Shown: in pieces, positions 50,400 through 63,936 of the stretch
Layout: each line of letters begins with the position of its first letter
Numbering within the stretch: position 1 is the stretch's first letter
Source: Octopus bimaculoides
Taxonomy: Eukaryota
Assembly: GCF_001194135.2 (NCBI RefSeq)
Contig: NC_068990.1
Span: 4,778,015-4,842,014 of the forward strand
Length of the DNA: 64,000 nucleotides
Reading direction: 5' to 3'
Program-made: the position numbers and the translations under genes
Notes under the pieces: generated by a model
The model's database searches: none
Told to the model about the DNA's origin: nothing
What the model saw: the letters and a program-made list of their open reading frames with translations, nothing else

Positions 50400-52000
50400 G
50401 TATGAGTTGAAGGGTTACCTACAAAAGGTTGACTCCTTCTTATTCATGGACGACCTCAAGCTTTGCATTAAGGATGAATCTCAGATAAGTTTCTTCATTG
50501 GTTCAGTGTTTATTTTATGTTTAGTGCTGACACCAGATTGGAAATTAGATTGAAAAAGTGCAGTGTGTTAGTCTTGAACAGCAGCAAAATTAAATGCACA
50601 GGGGAATTGGTGATGCCATTAGGGAAGGTTATGAAGCATATAGAAGTGGTAGGTTATAAGTACTTGAGGATGTTGGAAATAGACAAAGTAATAGAGGAAT
50701 TGATGGAAAAATTTAAAGTGGAATACTAGTGCAGACTGAGGCTTTTCCTCAAATCAGAACAGAATGGATGGAATAATACTGAAGCTAACAACACATGGGC
50801 AGTTTTGCTCCTTAGATACGGGGCAGGGGTAATTGCATGGATAGTAGAAGAACAAAACAGCTTAGACCGAAAGACAAGAAAGCAATTGACAAGATATGGG
50901 GTTTTTCATCCAAAGAATAAGTGACACAGGTAGACTGTATGCACCAAGAATAAGAGAAGAGGACCAACTAAGTGCAAACACCACATTAGAGCAGAAGAAA
51001 ACAGCCTGGTATGATACAAAAAATGCTATGGAACTACTATTGTTGAAAGTAAGAAGGTTAGACTTGTGCTACTTTGAAGATTGCAAAGAGAAAACACAGT
51101 ACAAGTATTTGAGGATGGATGAAATTGAAAATAGGTGGATAGAGAAAAGAATGTATGAGAAATTCCATAGAGGTGTTGAAGATAGAAGAGGCAAAGGAAA
51201 ATGTGGTTACGGATGGTTTAAAGTGATTAAAAACTGGAAATTTTTAAAGTCACTTTTACAGGTTAATGTTTGCTCTCGAGAAAGTATAAAGAACTAATTA
51301 CATCAAGCACAGAAAATGACACAGAGCAGAAAGCAACAAGAGCAAAATTTGTGGGAGAATGGGGAAACTTTATGGAAAATTATCAGTCAATATACACTGC
51401 TAGTTCATAAAGAAGATAATAGGTGACTAGACAATATAGCAAGGATAATCCTTTGGACACTTTGCAACAAGTATGGACTTGACAGAACAGAAAATTGGTA
51501 TGAACATAAACCTGAAGACATTAGAGAAAATGATAATACAAAGATCCTGTGGGAATTTATGATTCAGTGTGACCATGAGATAGAGTAAAGGAAACCAGAT
51601 ATAGTGATAACTGAGAAAGAAAGCAAAGAGTGATGGATCATAGATATAGCATGCTCAGCTGACAACAATGTATGTAATAAAAAAGAAAAAAAGCTAATAG
51701 ATAATGACAGGTAAGCTTGGGAGGTTAAGCAATTTTGGTTGTTGAAAACTGTGATAAAAATACCAATAACTGTCAGAGCCTAACAAACAATAAATAAAGA
51801 TCTTGAGAAGTATATTTAACAAGCAAGGGTTGCAATAAGGGTGGAGTACTTGCGGAAAATAACATTGCTTGGAACAGCTTTAATACTTCAGAGAGTGCTT
51901 GAAAAATAAGGAGTGCTGTCTCATTTCACTGGTAGTGAATGGCTGATACTCTAATACACCTTCAGGGTTAGAAAGTGAGCAAAAAATAATAATAATAAAT
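50400..52000 (+). mobile_element. Decayed R4/Dong-clade LINE (RT motif to end) with AAT tail
   Basis: FLFMDDLKLC (50436ff), GYKYLRMLEID, NTWAVLLLRYGAGVIAW, KILWEFMIQCDHEIE, KITLLGTALILQRVLEK; aataataat near 51988. Confidence 0.85.
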
Positions 52001-52049
52001 GGTACAAACATGAAAGATAGGGCGTAAATGATAAAAATAAATATAAGCT

Positions 52050-52240
52050 CCTGTGGGATTTTATAAATCAATGTGACTCCCTGATCGATGCTCAGAGCAC
52101 AGACATTGTTGTGGTAGATAAAGAGAAATCAATCATAGATATTGCCATATCAGGGGATGCATGCGTAGATAACAAAGAGCTGGAAAAGATGGAGAAACGC
52201 AGAATACTAAAAGATGAAATTTCAAGAATGTGAAGATTTT
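52050..52240 (+). mobile_element. R4/Dong-clade REL fragment
   Basis: LLWDF..QCDSLIDAQSTDIVVVDKEKSIIDIAISGDACVDNKELEKMEK. Confidence 0.75.
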
Positions 52241-52379
52241 GAGATAAGTACTTGGATGTTAAGTAGTTTAATATCCAATGATACTTAACATCTAGGTACC
52301 ATGTCTAAAAGACCTTTGACAACAGATTGCTGTCTGCTCTCACAGAATTAACCAGAGCAAGCAAGATTGAGAACTCTGA

Positions 52380-53960
52380 GAAGTAAAATATAATAACAAC
52401 AAGACATGGATATACAGGAGGACATTGTCATCACATTGAAAGATATTCAAGCCAGAATTGGTAAGATGAAAAGTTGGAAGGCAGACAGACTGAACCTAGT
52501 TCAGGGTTTCTGGTTCAAGGTTTTGATGAATTTACATCCTAAACTACAAAAACTTCTGAAAGGTGTGTACACCAAGGAATTGTACCAGAAGGAATTGTCA
52601 AGGAAAGAACTGTGTTGATTCAGAAGGACCCACTCAATGGTGCTCTGGCCAGTAACTATTGTCCAATTGCTTGTTTACCTATGATGTGGAAGCTTCTAAC
52701 TTGGATAATAGAAAAGAAACTGTATGGTCATCTTGAAAGAAATGAAATGCTAGCAGATGAACAGAAAAATTGCAGGAAGGGATTACAAGGAATAAAGGAT
52801 CAGTTGCTGGTTGATAAGGCAATTCTTAGGAACCATCAAAGAAGGTTGACATGCCTATCAATGGTGAGGACTGACTATAAGAATGCATATGATATGGTTC
52901 CTTGTGGATTCTGAAATTCCCAGAAATGACCAGGGCAGTGAAAAATTTGATTTATTTGCTCAAAATTAGTATGAGAAACTGGAAGACAATTTTTACTGCT
53001 GGTGGAAGTGTAATTGGAGAAGTTGACATCAAGAGGGGAATCTTTCAAAGTAACTCAGTGTCACCTGAGCTGTTTATTGTTTGTATATTACTGTACTCCA
53101 TGGCTTTGAGAAATATGGGTGCTGGTGACAAACTACTGCAGAAAAACATGAAACAAATCAGTCACCTGATATTCAGGAATGATTTGAAACTTTATGGAGT
53201 TAGCAGAGGTGAATTAGATTCAGTCTGTACGAATTTTCTCACAAGACATCCAGTTGGCATTTGGTATAGAGAAATGTACCGTTATTGAACTGAGGAGAGG
53301 GCAAAAGTAGACAGCAGTAGAGTACAACTTTAAATGATGAGTGGATAAGAGAAGTGAACAGAGAGGGTTACATTTTGGGGTTTTACAACTAGGCCAAATG
53401 TTGAACACCAAGATGAAGGAGGTAATTTCTGAATATATCAGCAGAGTTAAAAAGCCATGTCAGTCTAAATGGAGGGAACCGGATTAAAGGCATCAGTGTA
53501 TGACTTGTGGGTGTGATATATTACTACACAGGAGTTGTGGAATGAACAAAGGAGGAACTTGTCAACATGAATAGTAAGAGTAGGAAAGTAATGGCTATGC
53601 ATGAATGCCTTTATACTAGAAGTAACATCTAGTATAAAGGCATCCATGCATAGCAGGGCTTTACCTACTTAGGAAGGAAGGTGGAACAGGACTTGTTGGA
53701 ATAGAGGCAAGTGGTGAGAAGGAGGTAAGTCCTTGCATGACCATCTGAGGAATATCGATGAAAGAATATTGCAGGCTGTACTGAGTGAGAAGGTGACCAG
53801 TGACAATGGTGAGACCCTCCAGGATTACAATATGAGAACTAATAAAGAAAAGACCATCAACCAAAAGATGCATGATAGATGATGAAGTAACAGATGAGTG
53901 TGAGAAGAATAGGGAACGAGGAGAAAGCATTTGAAAAAAAATTAAGTGCAGATTACAAAA
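52380..53960 (+). mobile_element. Decayed R4/Dong-clade LINE RT core
   Basis: ORFs 52406-53288: LIQKDP..GALASNYCPIACLPMMWKLLT, KDQLLVDK, TDYKNAYDMVP, KRGIFQSNSVSPELF, SHLIFRNDLKLY. Confidence 0.9.
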
Positions 53961-54990
53961 TACCATACTTTGATATTGTCAGAAAAGCTTTTGTATGAAA
54001 AGGTTGAATAGAGCTGAAGTGAATAAAGAAAAATCCTACTGTTTTCTGAGAAATCCAGAACTCAAAACTCATCTCAGCACAAAATCAAAATTAGCTCATT
54101 AGAAAACGCTAAAAATCTACAAGGAAGCATACTATGGAATGTAACTGCATGTCATATGACAGCTGTAAAATATATGCTTTCATGCAGTCTAGTTTTACAT
54201 AAAACTAAAAGTTGATAGAGGTGGAGATTAGATGTACTAGAAACTATGCCACAATTCTAGAATTACAACATGTAAATTCTAAGACATTCATATCTCACAA
54301 GACCTACAATAATGAAACAGTTACCATATTCTGAAACATTCTAGTTATGAAGAGTTGTCTCAATGTATTATATATGACAAAAAGTACTCAACAAGAACCA
54401 AAGATGACGTGTATTGAAGATTTGTACAGTTGTGCTGTGATTACTTGCAATGACAAGATTATTTGAATGAAATAATAAATACACTGAGAAATTCGTTAAT
54501 CTAAAATGTAGGTTAACCAGTATATAGCAGCAAATGCTATAATAATGAGATGGCCTGTTTGCTAAATGATAATAATTTTTTCAATGGCAATGATTATATT
54601 AATTATTTATAAACAGTATTTTGTATAAAATGATCACTTTATGCATATCCATTCTTAAAACTTAAAAGAAGTAATGAGCACCAAACTAAAACAAATTTAT
54701 TTCATTTCAGGAATTGATAACTGTTATAAGTGATTAGAAACCCCAGATATAATATTGTCCATACGATAAGATTATTAAACAGGAAAAAACCCATCTAACT
54801 AAAGAAAACATTATGATGAGTTGTCAAAAGAAATTGATGCTTTAATGTCATTGATACACCCTTGCAGAAATATTGAACTTACATTTTATATGGAAGTGAG
54901 CACTAAATTTTACGTTTGATAAACTGTCTAAAATGATGAACTTCATGTCATACTCTCAAACTTAATAGAGCTTCCTGATTAAGTCTCCAT

Positions 54991-55121
54991 ATGGCGTTAG
55001 GAAGGGCATCCAGCTGTAGAAACTCTGCCAAATCAGACTGGAGCCTGGTGTTGCCATCCGGTTTCACCAGTCCTCAGTCAAATCGTCCAACCCATGCCAG
55101 CATGGAAAGCGGACGTTAAAC

Positions 55122-55151
<30 letters not shown>
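54991..55151 (+). mobile_element. Young family A RTE-type 3' end with (GAT)n tail
   Basis: ggcgttaggaagggcatccagctgtagaaac...cccatgccagcatggaaagcggacgttaaac(gat)n. Confidence 0.85.
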
Positions 55152-55152
<1 letters not shown>

Positions 55153-55497
55153 CCATCAAATGCAATCTTACAAATCTTACAAAAGAGTAATGCAATACGA
55201 CAAAGGCAATAAATGTTAACCAAAACTTTACATAGTGCACAACTTTTGAGGATTCATTTGATGAAGCAATATTTAAATGCCGTGACAAAGAGGCTCTCAA
55301 ATTATTGACACAACAAGTGCAGTACTAATATGGTTAAGAGGAGAAATATCACAAAAAGTAATTGAGATTTTTATTTTTTTATAAAACAGTGATATTGGCT
55401 GGCTGGTTGGTTGGTTAGTTGGAATAAGAGCAATATTAATCTGATTTCAAACTGAAATGAAGAAACGATTGATGCTAAAGTACAGCAATATTAAAAT

Positions 55498-55622
55498 GGT
55501 ATATATATATATACACACACACATATATATACATGCATATATATATGCATATATATGTGTATACATATATGTATACATACATACATATATATATATACAT
55601 ATATGTATGTATATATAAATAT

Positions 55623-55668
<46 letters not shown>
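55498..55668. repeat. Compound (TA)n/(TACA)n microsatellite
   Basis: Directly visible. Confidence 0.95.
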
Positions 55669-55672
<4 letters not shown>

Positions 55673-56599
55673 CAGAATAAATGGATGATGCTGAATAAAT
55701 ATTAAGAAATATGTGGCGAAATTTACAAAAAAGACTAACTTGATATGTGTGCACATATTTTCATGCTTCTTTGCATGGTTGATTTTGATTTCATATAGAT
55801 GTGATTGTAGGGATGTATATAACAACACAAAACACTTTTTTTCAAAGAAATCATGATCATGAGTGTAAAAATGTGATTAAATTTTATATATATTTTATGA
55901 TAGATAAAAATATATTTTGTTGTATGTATTTTGTGATAAGTAAAAAGAATTAGTGAATGATAAGATATTTTGTTAAACACTTCTATTAAAAATTACATTC
56001 ACTATTTTGGAATACAGAATAATTTACAAAAATTAAATTCATAAAAAGTCCAAATGATAATTTCATCATTCTTAAATCTCATAAATATTCTAAGAATTCT
56101 AGAAACGTATCAAGAAAATGATCATGCATTAAAAATGCCTATTTTTGATATATGTTTACCTTGCTTTCATGCAAAATCACCTATTTTATTTGTTACATAA
56201 CACAGTTTTGATATTTCATACATTACTTTATTGTTGAAACCTTCGATGGCTCTTTTTATCATTTGAAGATGCTCAGGACAATACTTGATTTATATACATA
56301 GAATTTTATAGAGAATATACATATATTCATTTATTTCATATACACTATTTACATACTGTAAATTCAAAATGTATATACCATGCATTCTGCTATGTTATAT
56401 TTGCTTATACATACACAATTGCTAACTAAACTAATACCCATAATTTGTATGCTGCAAATGATTATGAGGATACAATGAAATATGCTTAAATTCATCATTT
56501 CAATGTTAATGAATTACCGAGAGAGCAAAATGAACAGCAGTATATACATGTGTGTGAGTGTGTGTGTGTAGATAAGTATACATATGTATGTATGCATAC

Positions 56600-56775
56600 A
56601 TATATATATATATATATATATNNNNNNNNNNNNNNNNNNNNNNNNNNNNNNNNNNNNNNNNNNNNNNNNNNNNNNNNNNNNNNNNNNNNNNNNNNNNNNN
56701 NNNNNNNNNNNNNNNNNNNNNNNNNNNNNNNNNNNNNNNNNNNNNNNNNNNNNNNNNNNNNNNNNNNNNNNNNNN
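56600..56775. other. (TA)n running into an assembly gap (N 56622-56775)
   Basis: Directly visible. Confidence 0.95.
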
Positions 56776-56965
56776 AGCCTAATTATAGATACATAAATGA
56801 ATTTGTTAAAAGCTAATATCCCATGATTAGCAAATAAAATAGAACTGGTCCTAAAAACCCAGCACATTTAAAGCAATAGAAATACTAATGAAGAATTATA
56901 AGAATCTATTTTGTGTTTATATTTCATTAAAGTAATTAAAAAAATTACATATATATAACTATATT

Positions 56966-57173
56966 CTTTTCTACTCTAGGCACAAGGCCCAAAATTTTGG
57001 GAGAGGGGCCAGTCGATTAGATCGACTCCAGCAACTGGTACTTAATTTACTGACCCCGAAAGGATGAAAGGCAAAGTCGACCTTGACGGAATTTGAACTC
57101 AGAACATAAGGACAGGAGAAGTACTGATAAGCATTTTGCCTGGTGTGCTAACATCTCTGCCAGCTCACTGCCT
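56966..57173 (-). mobile_element. SINE family B, near full length
   Basis: ctactctaggcacaaggcccaaaattttggg...ccccgaaaggatgaaaggcaaagtcgacc...tttgaactcagaac...ctgccagctcactgcc. Confidence 0.92.
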
Positions 57174-58615
57174 TCACATATATAACAATATTGATAAAAC
57201 TGAGTGGGAGCAACTATACCTATATGTTTGTTACTGGATGCAAGCACATTAACTTAAAAGCAAGAAAAAAAAAATTCTTATGTTTGCTTGTGCATATTCA
57301 AATACATATTTATTATATTAGTATTGTTTCTGCTGATTTTACATATATATATTTGTGTGTGTGTGTGTGTGGTGTGGTGTGTGTGTGTGTGTGTGTGAAT
57401 GTTTATATATACATATGTAAGAAAATATTGAAATATATTCCAATGATACACAAATCTAAAATTAATTCTAAAGCTAGTAACGAATGTCTTCAAAATTATT
57501 TAAGTTTAAAAAATATATTTACTGTCTAAATATAGATAAATAAATGAATTTATTATTAAAGATTGTTATCTTGTGCTTACAAGAAAAATAGTGAGACTGG
57601 TGATAAAAGTCTGCACATTTAGGGCAAATGAAAGAATGAAGAAAAATCAGAATAAGTTATTAGTACTGTTTTTTTTTTTTAATATTAAAGTGATTAAAAA
57701 AATCATATATATAACAATATTGATAAAATGGAGTGTTGGCAACTCAACGAAAATGTTACTGGATGCAAGCACATTAAACTGACTCAAAAGCAAAAGAATA
57801 AGAAATCAAAATATATACTGAGATAAAAAGGGGTTTGATAACAAAAATATGGAAAAGCAAAATCACACACAATTACTTTCTAAGCATGATGTATGAACAA
57901 TATCTTTTTCTCTACACTATTTCTTTTATTATAATCCCTTTAGTCCTACATCTATCCTTATCTTTCCCTTATCTCTATTTAAACTTTTTTCTCTTTCTTG
58001 TTTATATTTTTTTATCACTAGTCAATTTTTATCTCTGTCAACCTTTCTGTTTCTGTTTTTTTAACCATATTTTCTTCATGTTATTAGATTTAAAATACGA
58101 ATTTGCCAAAGTTTTCCTATAGGGTGATCACAATTTAGCTGAATGCTGAAACAATAAAATACAACACGGAACAGAACAAAAAGAACAAATTTTGAAATAA
58201 GCACCAAAACTAATAAATAAAATGAATTTGTAGCTCAAATTTTGAGGATGATTAGTTTTCCAACTAGTATAATTTAAATTAAACCTCTAATTTTAAAGTT
58301 TTAAACAATTAGAGCTGGTAGAAAATTATTTTCCACCTATTTTTTCCTTAATGTTTTTAAAGAAGCACTAATTCTCCTGTGTCATTTACTTTTCTTTTAA
58401 AATAATCAATGTGATGTAGATTTATCTTGAAATTCCAGAATTTAGCTGAGTTGTGACCACCTTAGGTTAGGTCAGATTCTTTTTAAGGCAACAAGAAAAC
58501 TAAGATAATAAATGCTACTTGTGTGGTTGAAAATAAATACAAACCCTTAATAAAAGCTGGATATCCTTAGAACGAAGAAAATGTCTCAGAAAGAAAACAT
58601 CCTCTTCATTTGCAG

Positions 58616-58690
58616 ATAGTCTGTGCTGGAGCTCAGCGAGGGAAGCCACAAGATTCTGTATATCTGTTTAAAAGAAGAAGGCAAAATTCA
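58616..58690 (+). CDS. Candidate internal coding exon, IVCAGAQRGKPQDSVYLFKRRRQNS (75 nt, phase 0/0), product unknown
   Basis: Acceptor catcctcttcatttgcag|, donor TCA|gtatgt. Only the phase-0 frame is stop-free. Locally GC-richer than its flanks and not recognisably repeat-derived. Confidence 0.45.
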
Positions 58691-59667
58691 GTATGTAACA
58701 TTCTTTGTTCTTGATAGCATTCTTATAATTAGCCTAGAGTTAACAAGTTCAGATCCCTTTATGTATTCTGGAAATAACAGAAAAATCTTAGCAAATTTTT
58801 TGGACTGAATATTGAAATTTAATAGAAAGCAAATTTGCTTTCCTTTGAATATGTAATGTGAAAATTTGCTCAATTTATAATCTATAACAACTCTTATCAT
58901 TATTCATACTATAATGCTTTATTAAGTTTTGTAAAAAGAAAATTGTATAGGCAGTTACATTTTCATATGTATTATATAAATAGAGGGAAAATATCATAGA
59001 TATAACTTAAGTATATGCATATATATTTTTCATTATACTGGTGCACATAACTGCACATATCTATGTATATATACACAATATTTGACTATTAATTCAAGTG
59101 AAACTAGTGATATTTAGTTCTTTCAAGATAAGTAATGTAATCAGAATTTGTTTTTTGAGTATCAAATATTAATTTTAGCTTATATAAGATCCATAGTTAG
59201 TATTGTAACATATAATATTATGATGTATGAGATTGTGAAGATGTGAAAAACAGAAAAATATCCATGAAAACTCAATGTAATCTAAATGCCAGTTGGACTA
59301 TGTATTAAATTCAACACAATAAACGGAGAAATTTTTTGAAAAATAATTGATAGGAAAAGGGAAAACAGATAGTTGACACTATTTGCTATTTGTGACATTA
59401 AAGACTTACAAGGGAAATAAACTTGTATTTATATCATATGAGAAACAGTTGTTATGTAAATTCTTTTAAGAAGTGTAAATTTTGATAGAAAATTGTATTT
59501 TTAATACAAATATATGAATAAACATACATTTGCTCTCATAATTTAATGGTTACATTGTTGCAGCTGAAAGAAGTAATTATTTCAGTATAAAGTATGATGA
59601 GAAATCAAAACCTATTTCTTGAAAAGGTTATATATATATTCTCATACTGCCTCAAATGTGAATTGCA

Positions 59668-59668
59668 T

Positions 59669-59720
<52 letters not shown>

Positions 59721-59745
59721 ATGTGCATGTCTGTGTATGTGTGTT
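59668..59745. repeat. (TG)n microsatellite
   Basis: Directly visible. Confidence 0.95.
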
Positions 59746-62700
59746 ACTGAGTGAACATATTACTTCAAAACTGATATATGCTTACTCAATAACAAAGAAA
59801 AACTTAGAATAATGCAAGATTACAAAATTGTATAAACAGCATTTATATACTTAGGGTAGAACATACACTTACATACTGCTTTGTATATAAATGCAAGCTA
59901 CAGATTAGCCTTCAGATGTACAATGAAATAAGCCCACTGAAAATAGATTCTAATGAAAGCATAATGAGGGAGACTCTATATAGCCACTCAACTCGGAAGA
60001 AATACCATCTTAAAAAAAGGCAGACATTTTGAAAATAGCAGCCAAATCTCTCTCAAATTACATCCTATCAACTGTAAGAAAAAGACATTGGACAAGATAA
60101 ACTGTCTGAAGAACAGGAAATGTCATGGCTAGGATAAGTTTTTGATCTTATGTCTATTCACTGTTGATATGGGCCTAAAGAATGACAAAAAAGTAATTAA
60201 AATCTGAATGTAGATTAAACAGAAAGCAATATTATTATTAAATTCAACATTACTTAATTGTTATTGCGTTAAAAAATATTACTAACTGATAATTTGTTCT
60301 GGATATTCCAAAGTTGTTGTCATGCTTGCTTTCTATGAATTGTAAGATGAGAAAATGTATTTTTATCGTTAAAAGATGCTTATAGAACTATATCAGGTCA
60401 CCCCTATTACCCATAAATAGCTTATCTTCCTCATCATCTTCATTAACTCTTGACACCCTACATTACAATACATATCCATCATGTCTACCATCAGTATTAA
60501 CTTGTTGGACATCTTAAGTTTTCATTGACTATCTAATATCTACTTCTCTGTTCATTACAACAAACTCATCAACTCTTTCTACCTCAGTTTCACTACCTCA
60601 TTCAGTTCTTATACCTCTGCAATCTTTGTAATTGAGGTTCCAACTTCAAGGCTCAGTCACATCACATGGTATTCTACTTTCTATAATGCAATAACCTACA
60701 ACTAACTGTTGAGGCTGCATGTCATCATTATTGACAATACCACTGTCTTTACTATTAACCATATATTCATCTTTACCATTGACTACATCCTGCATCTACC
60801 CCATTACCAACCACCTTCACTTCCTTCTGATTCTCTGTCTTACAACCTTATTTCTTCAGCACACCATCCCTTCTGTCTCCTTTCTAGCTTCTCTTTATAT
60901 CTTTCCTAAACACACTCTCTTTTCCTTCAGGTGTGATCATAATCTGCATAACCTTCTGATTTACAACTCCTGCATCTCTCACACTATCTAGCAGATTCTT
61001 TGCCTGCTCCTGTTGTAATCCAAATCTCATTATATAGGACATCGCCACCCAATACAGACCTAGTTCATTTTCCATGTCATGAACTACTTCACCTATACCT
61101 CAAACATCATAATAAATATATAAAATGCCAATACTGTGTTTTATTGTGTGTTGGAGAAACTAGCTGATGGCTGACTGATGATTTTACAGAATATTTAATG
61201 TAGCAACACTGGATCACTCAAATCTGTAGTTTTTCACTCCAATTTTCTAGACCACAACTACCTTTATCTTACCATTTGAAGCATTTTAAACATTGCCATC
61301 TCCCACTTGGACCATAATTGATTTTCTGATAATAAGGCAGCTGTCCCATTTAGGATTAATAATTAAGGTATTTTCCACTAAAATTCTACCTTTTCATATA
61401 AAGTACACTCTACACAAATTGATATATGCCATTGCATGCACTTCACCTTTCCTCAATTCTTCACTTACACATTCATATATACACCATTCTACTAAACTAC
61501 CACAAATGTATACACACTACTTACACTGTTAGAACTACTGACATAGCTACAGATCAAATCTATATCTATTCTTTAGCACATGTGCACACACACACACAAC
61601 CTATGATACACTTCATTTCCCACTGTTTATGCTCTTTTTATCTCAACCATACAACACTACACCATGTTCACATCTGTCATATACATACACACATAACGTA
61701 TACAAAACTAACTTACCTCTCATTCACGCACACAATACAATCTAGCCACACACTAGACGGTTTATTGCTCACATACATAACATGTTAATATATACTTCAT
61801 AACATCTTACCACACATATATTGCTATATCGCCTTAGCTTCCTCCACTTAATGCAAACTTCCATTCTATCCACTTCCACCAAACTATTCATCATGCTGTC
61901 CTCTTTCCTTCACAAATGATCACCGTCAACAACATTGAATTTTTCTGCTCTTTTCCTCACAGCATAACTTTGTTCTCTTGTTCATGTCGTCTTTAACATT
62001 ATTTTGCTTTGCATTGTGACTCTACTTGGATATTCCGTTACCACACTGATACAGACTACCCATGTTACCACTGGATTTATATATAGATACAATTTTAACT
62101 TTTAGTATTTTTCCTTCTCCTTGAAGTAATTACAAATGTTTCATAATGATACATTTGTCCGTTTGATTTCATTAAGATAGTCATGTGTGTGTGTGTGTGT
62201 TCATATATTTTCTTCCAAAACATTCAATTAATTACATGTAGTGAAAAATCAAATTAAATATCACATGGAAATTTTTGATTACATCAAAACAGAAAATTAT
62301 ATTTTCAATGTTCACGTAATTAACTGGAATATAAATTCAAATAAAAAATGAAATGTGATCAAAGAATGACTTATTTTGCTTAAACAAATACCACACATCT
62401 AATAATATTTCCCCACCCAAGAAATGATAACTTCACATATTTTGATAACATAATTATCAAGATTTGATATACACAGCAAAGCAATGTTGAACCCCCAGGT
62501 TAAAATTCTAAATATATTTGCTTTTGCAGGGAGGAAGAAAGAAATAACAAAAGTTCTAAATCAAATACTATTAAATGACAAAATGAGATGATGGAAGAAT
62601 ATCATCAAAAATTATGAACTTTACAGTCTATAAAATGAATGTTGTGACTTTTACCATATGAAACTAGGCTAATTTCTTTATTATTGTACCAAAAGTTCAT

Positions 62701-63192
62701 TACACATCTCTGAATAACTAAAAACAAAATATATAAAACATCCTATGTGACCTAAAACAAAATTTATGAATAGTGATTGTTGTTGCAGGCTTTGATTTTT
62801 TATTTGGCATAAGTACACATATTAATGACATATGAAAAGAAGTAGTAAAATCACCAGATTTCCAAAATTAAAACATTCACGGCCCTAGCATCATCACAGT
62901 TTACATATGGGAACAGGCAAAAGAGAAAGTATAAGGAGAAATGATATGACATTCTGATATTCAACCAATTCTGTCAACTTTGCACCCACCCTACAAAACT
63001 ATATGTGATGTGAAACACAAACTAATATGTCTAACAAAATGTGTCTCAATAATGATGTTTATGCCTGATAAAATCTTCAAAAGTCTAACAAGAACAAATT
63101 AAGCAAAAACAGGAATTAATATTCCTTCCACAGAGTACAGGGTAACAGTAAAATCATGTATCATAATTGAACAGTTGGCGAAATTTGAGGAA

Positions 63193-63225
<33 letters not shown>

Positions 63226-63228
<3 letters not shown>

Positions 63229-63263
63229 CAACCCATGCTAGCATGGAAAGCGGACGTTAAACG

Positions 63264-63268
<5 letters not shown>
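63226..63268 (+). mobile_element. Minimal (43-bp) family A 3'-terminal insertion within (TA)n
   Basis: gtccaacccatgctagcatggaaagcggacgttaaacggtgat, nearly identical to 55085-55125, with (TA)n on both sides. Confidence 0.85.
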
Positions 63269-63318
<50 letters not shown>

Positions 63319-63554
63319 ATATATATATGATGACCGTCCACTCATGACCAAGGAAGACCATTACTGACCTTTAGGAACATTGTGTGCTCTAGGACTAATT
63401 TATATTTTACATTTGTGGCTCTGCTGGTGGCTAATGAGCCCTGCTCTTGACAAGCATATACAGCTGCAAACATTACAAACCAAGCTTTCCCTATTCACTA
63501 CACTAGCAGTATATATATATATATATATACATACATGTATGTATTTGTTATTTG

Positions 63555-63765
63555 TGTCTGTGTTTGTCCCCCCACCATCACTTGACAACTGATGCTGGTG
63601 TGTTAACATCCTGTCACATAGCAGTTCAGCAAAAAGTGACTGATAGAATAAGTATTAGGTTTACAGAGAATAAGTCCAGGGATCAATTTGTTCAACTAAA
63701 GGTGGTGCTCCAGCATGGCCACAGTCAAATGACAGAAACAAGTAAAAGAATAAAAGAAAAGAATG
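63555..63765 (+). mobile_element. SINE family C 3' domain
   Basis: cttgacaactgatgctggtgtgtt...gatagaataagtattagg...gtggtgctccagcatggccacagtcaaatgacagaaacaagtaaaaga corresponds to the reverse complement of 37494-37700. Confidence 0.8.
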
Positions 63766-63936
63766 TGTGTGTGTGTGTGTGTGTTAATGTTTGTTTTTAT
63801 GTTCAATTATCATAAAAACAACAATTTCATATTAAATTGATGGGTTATTCTATACTTTCATAGAGTACAAATTTATTATTTTTAAACAAGAATGCTACAA
63901 TTAAGAGCCCTATCTACTCGCTGGCGGTAACCCCCC

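Noticed and set aside
60101-60128. Second hammerhead-like motif (CTGAAGA..GAAA..GTC)
   Set aside because: No stem II and weak stems I and III, so it is a chance match.
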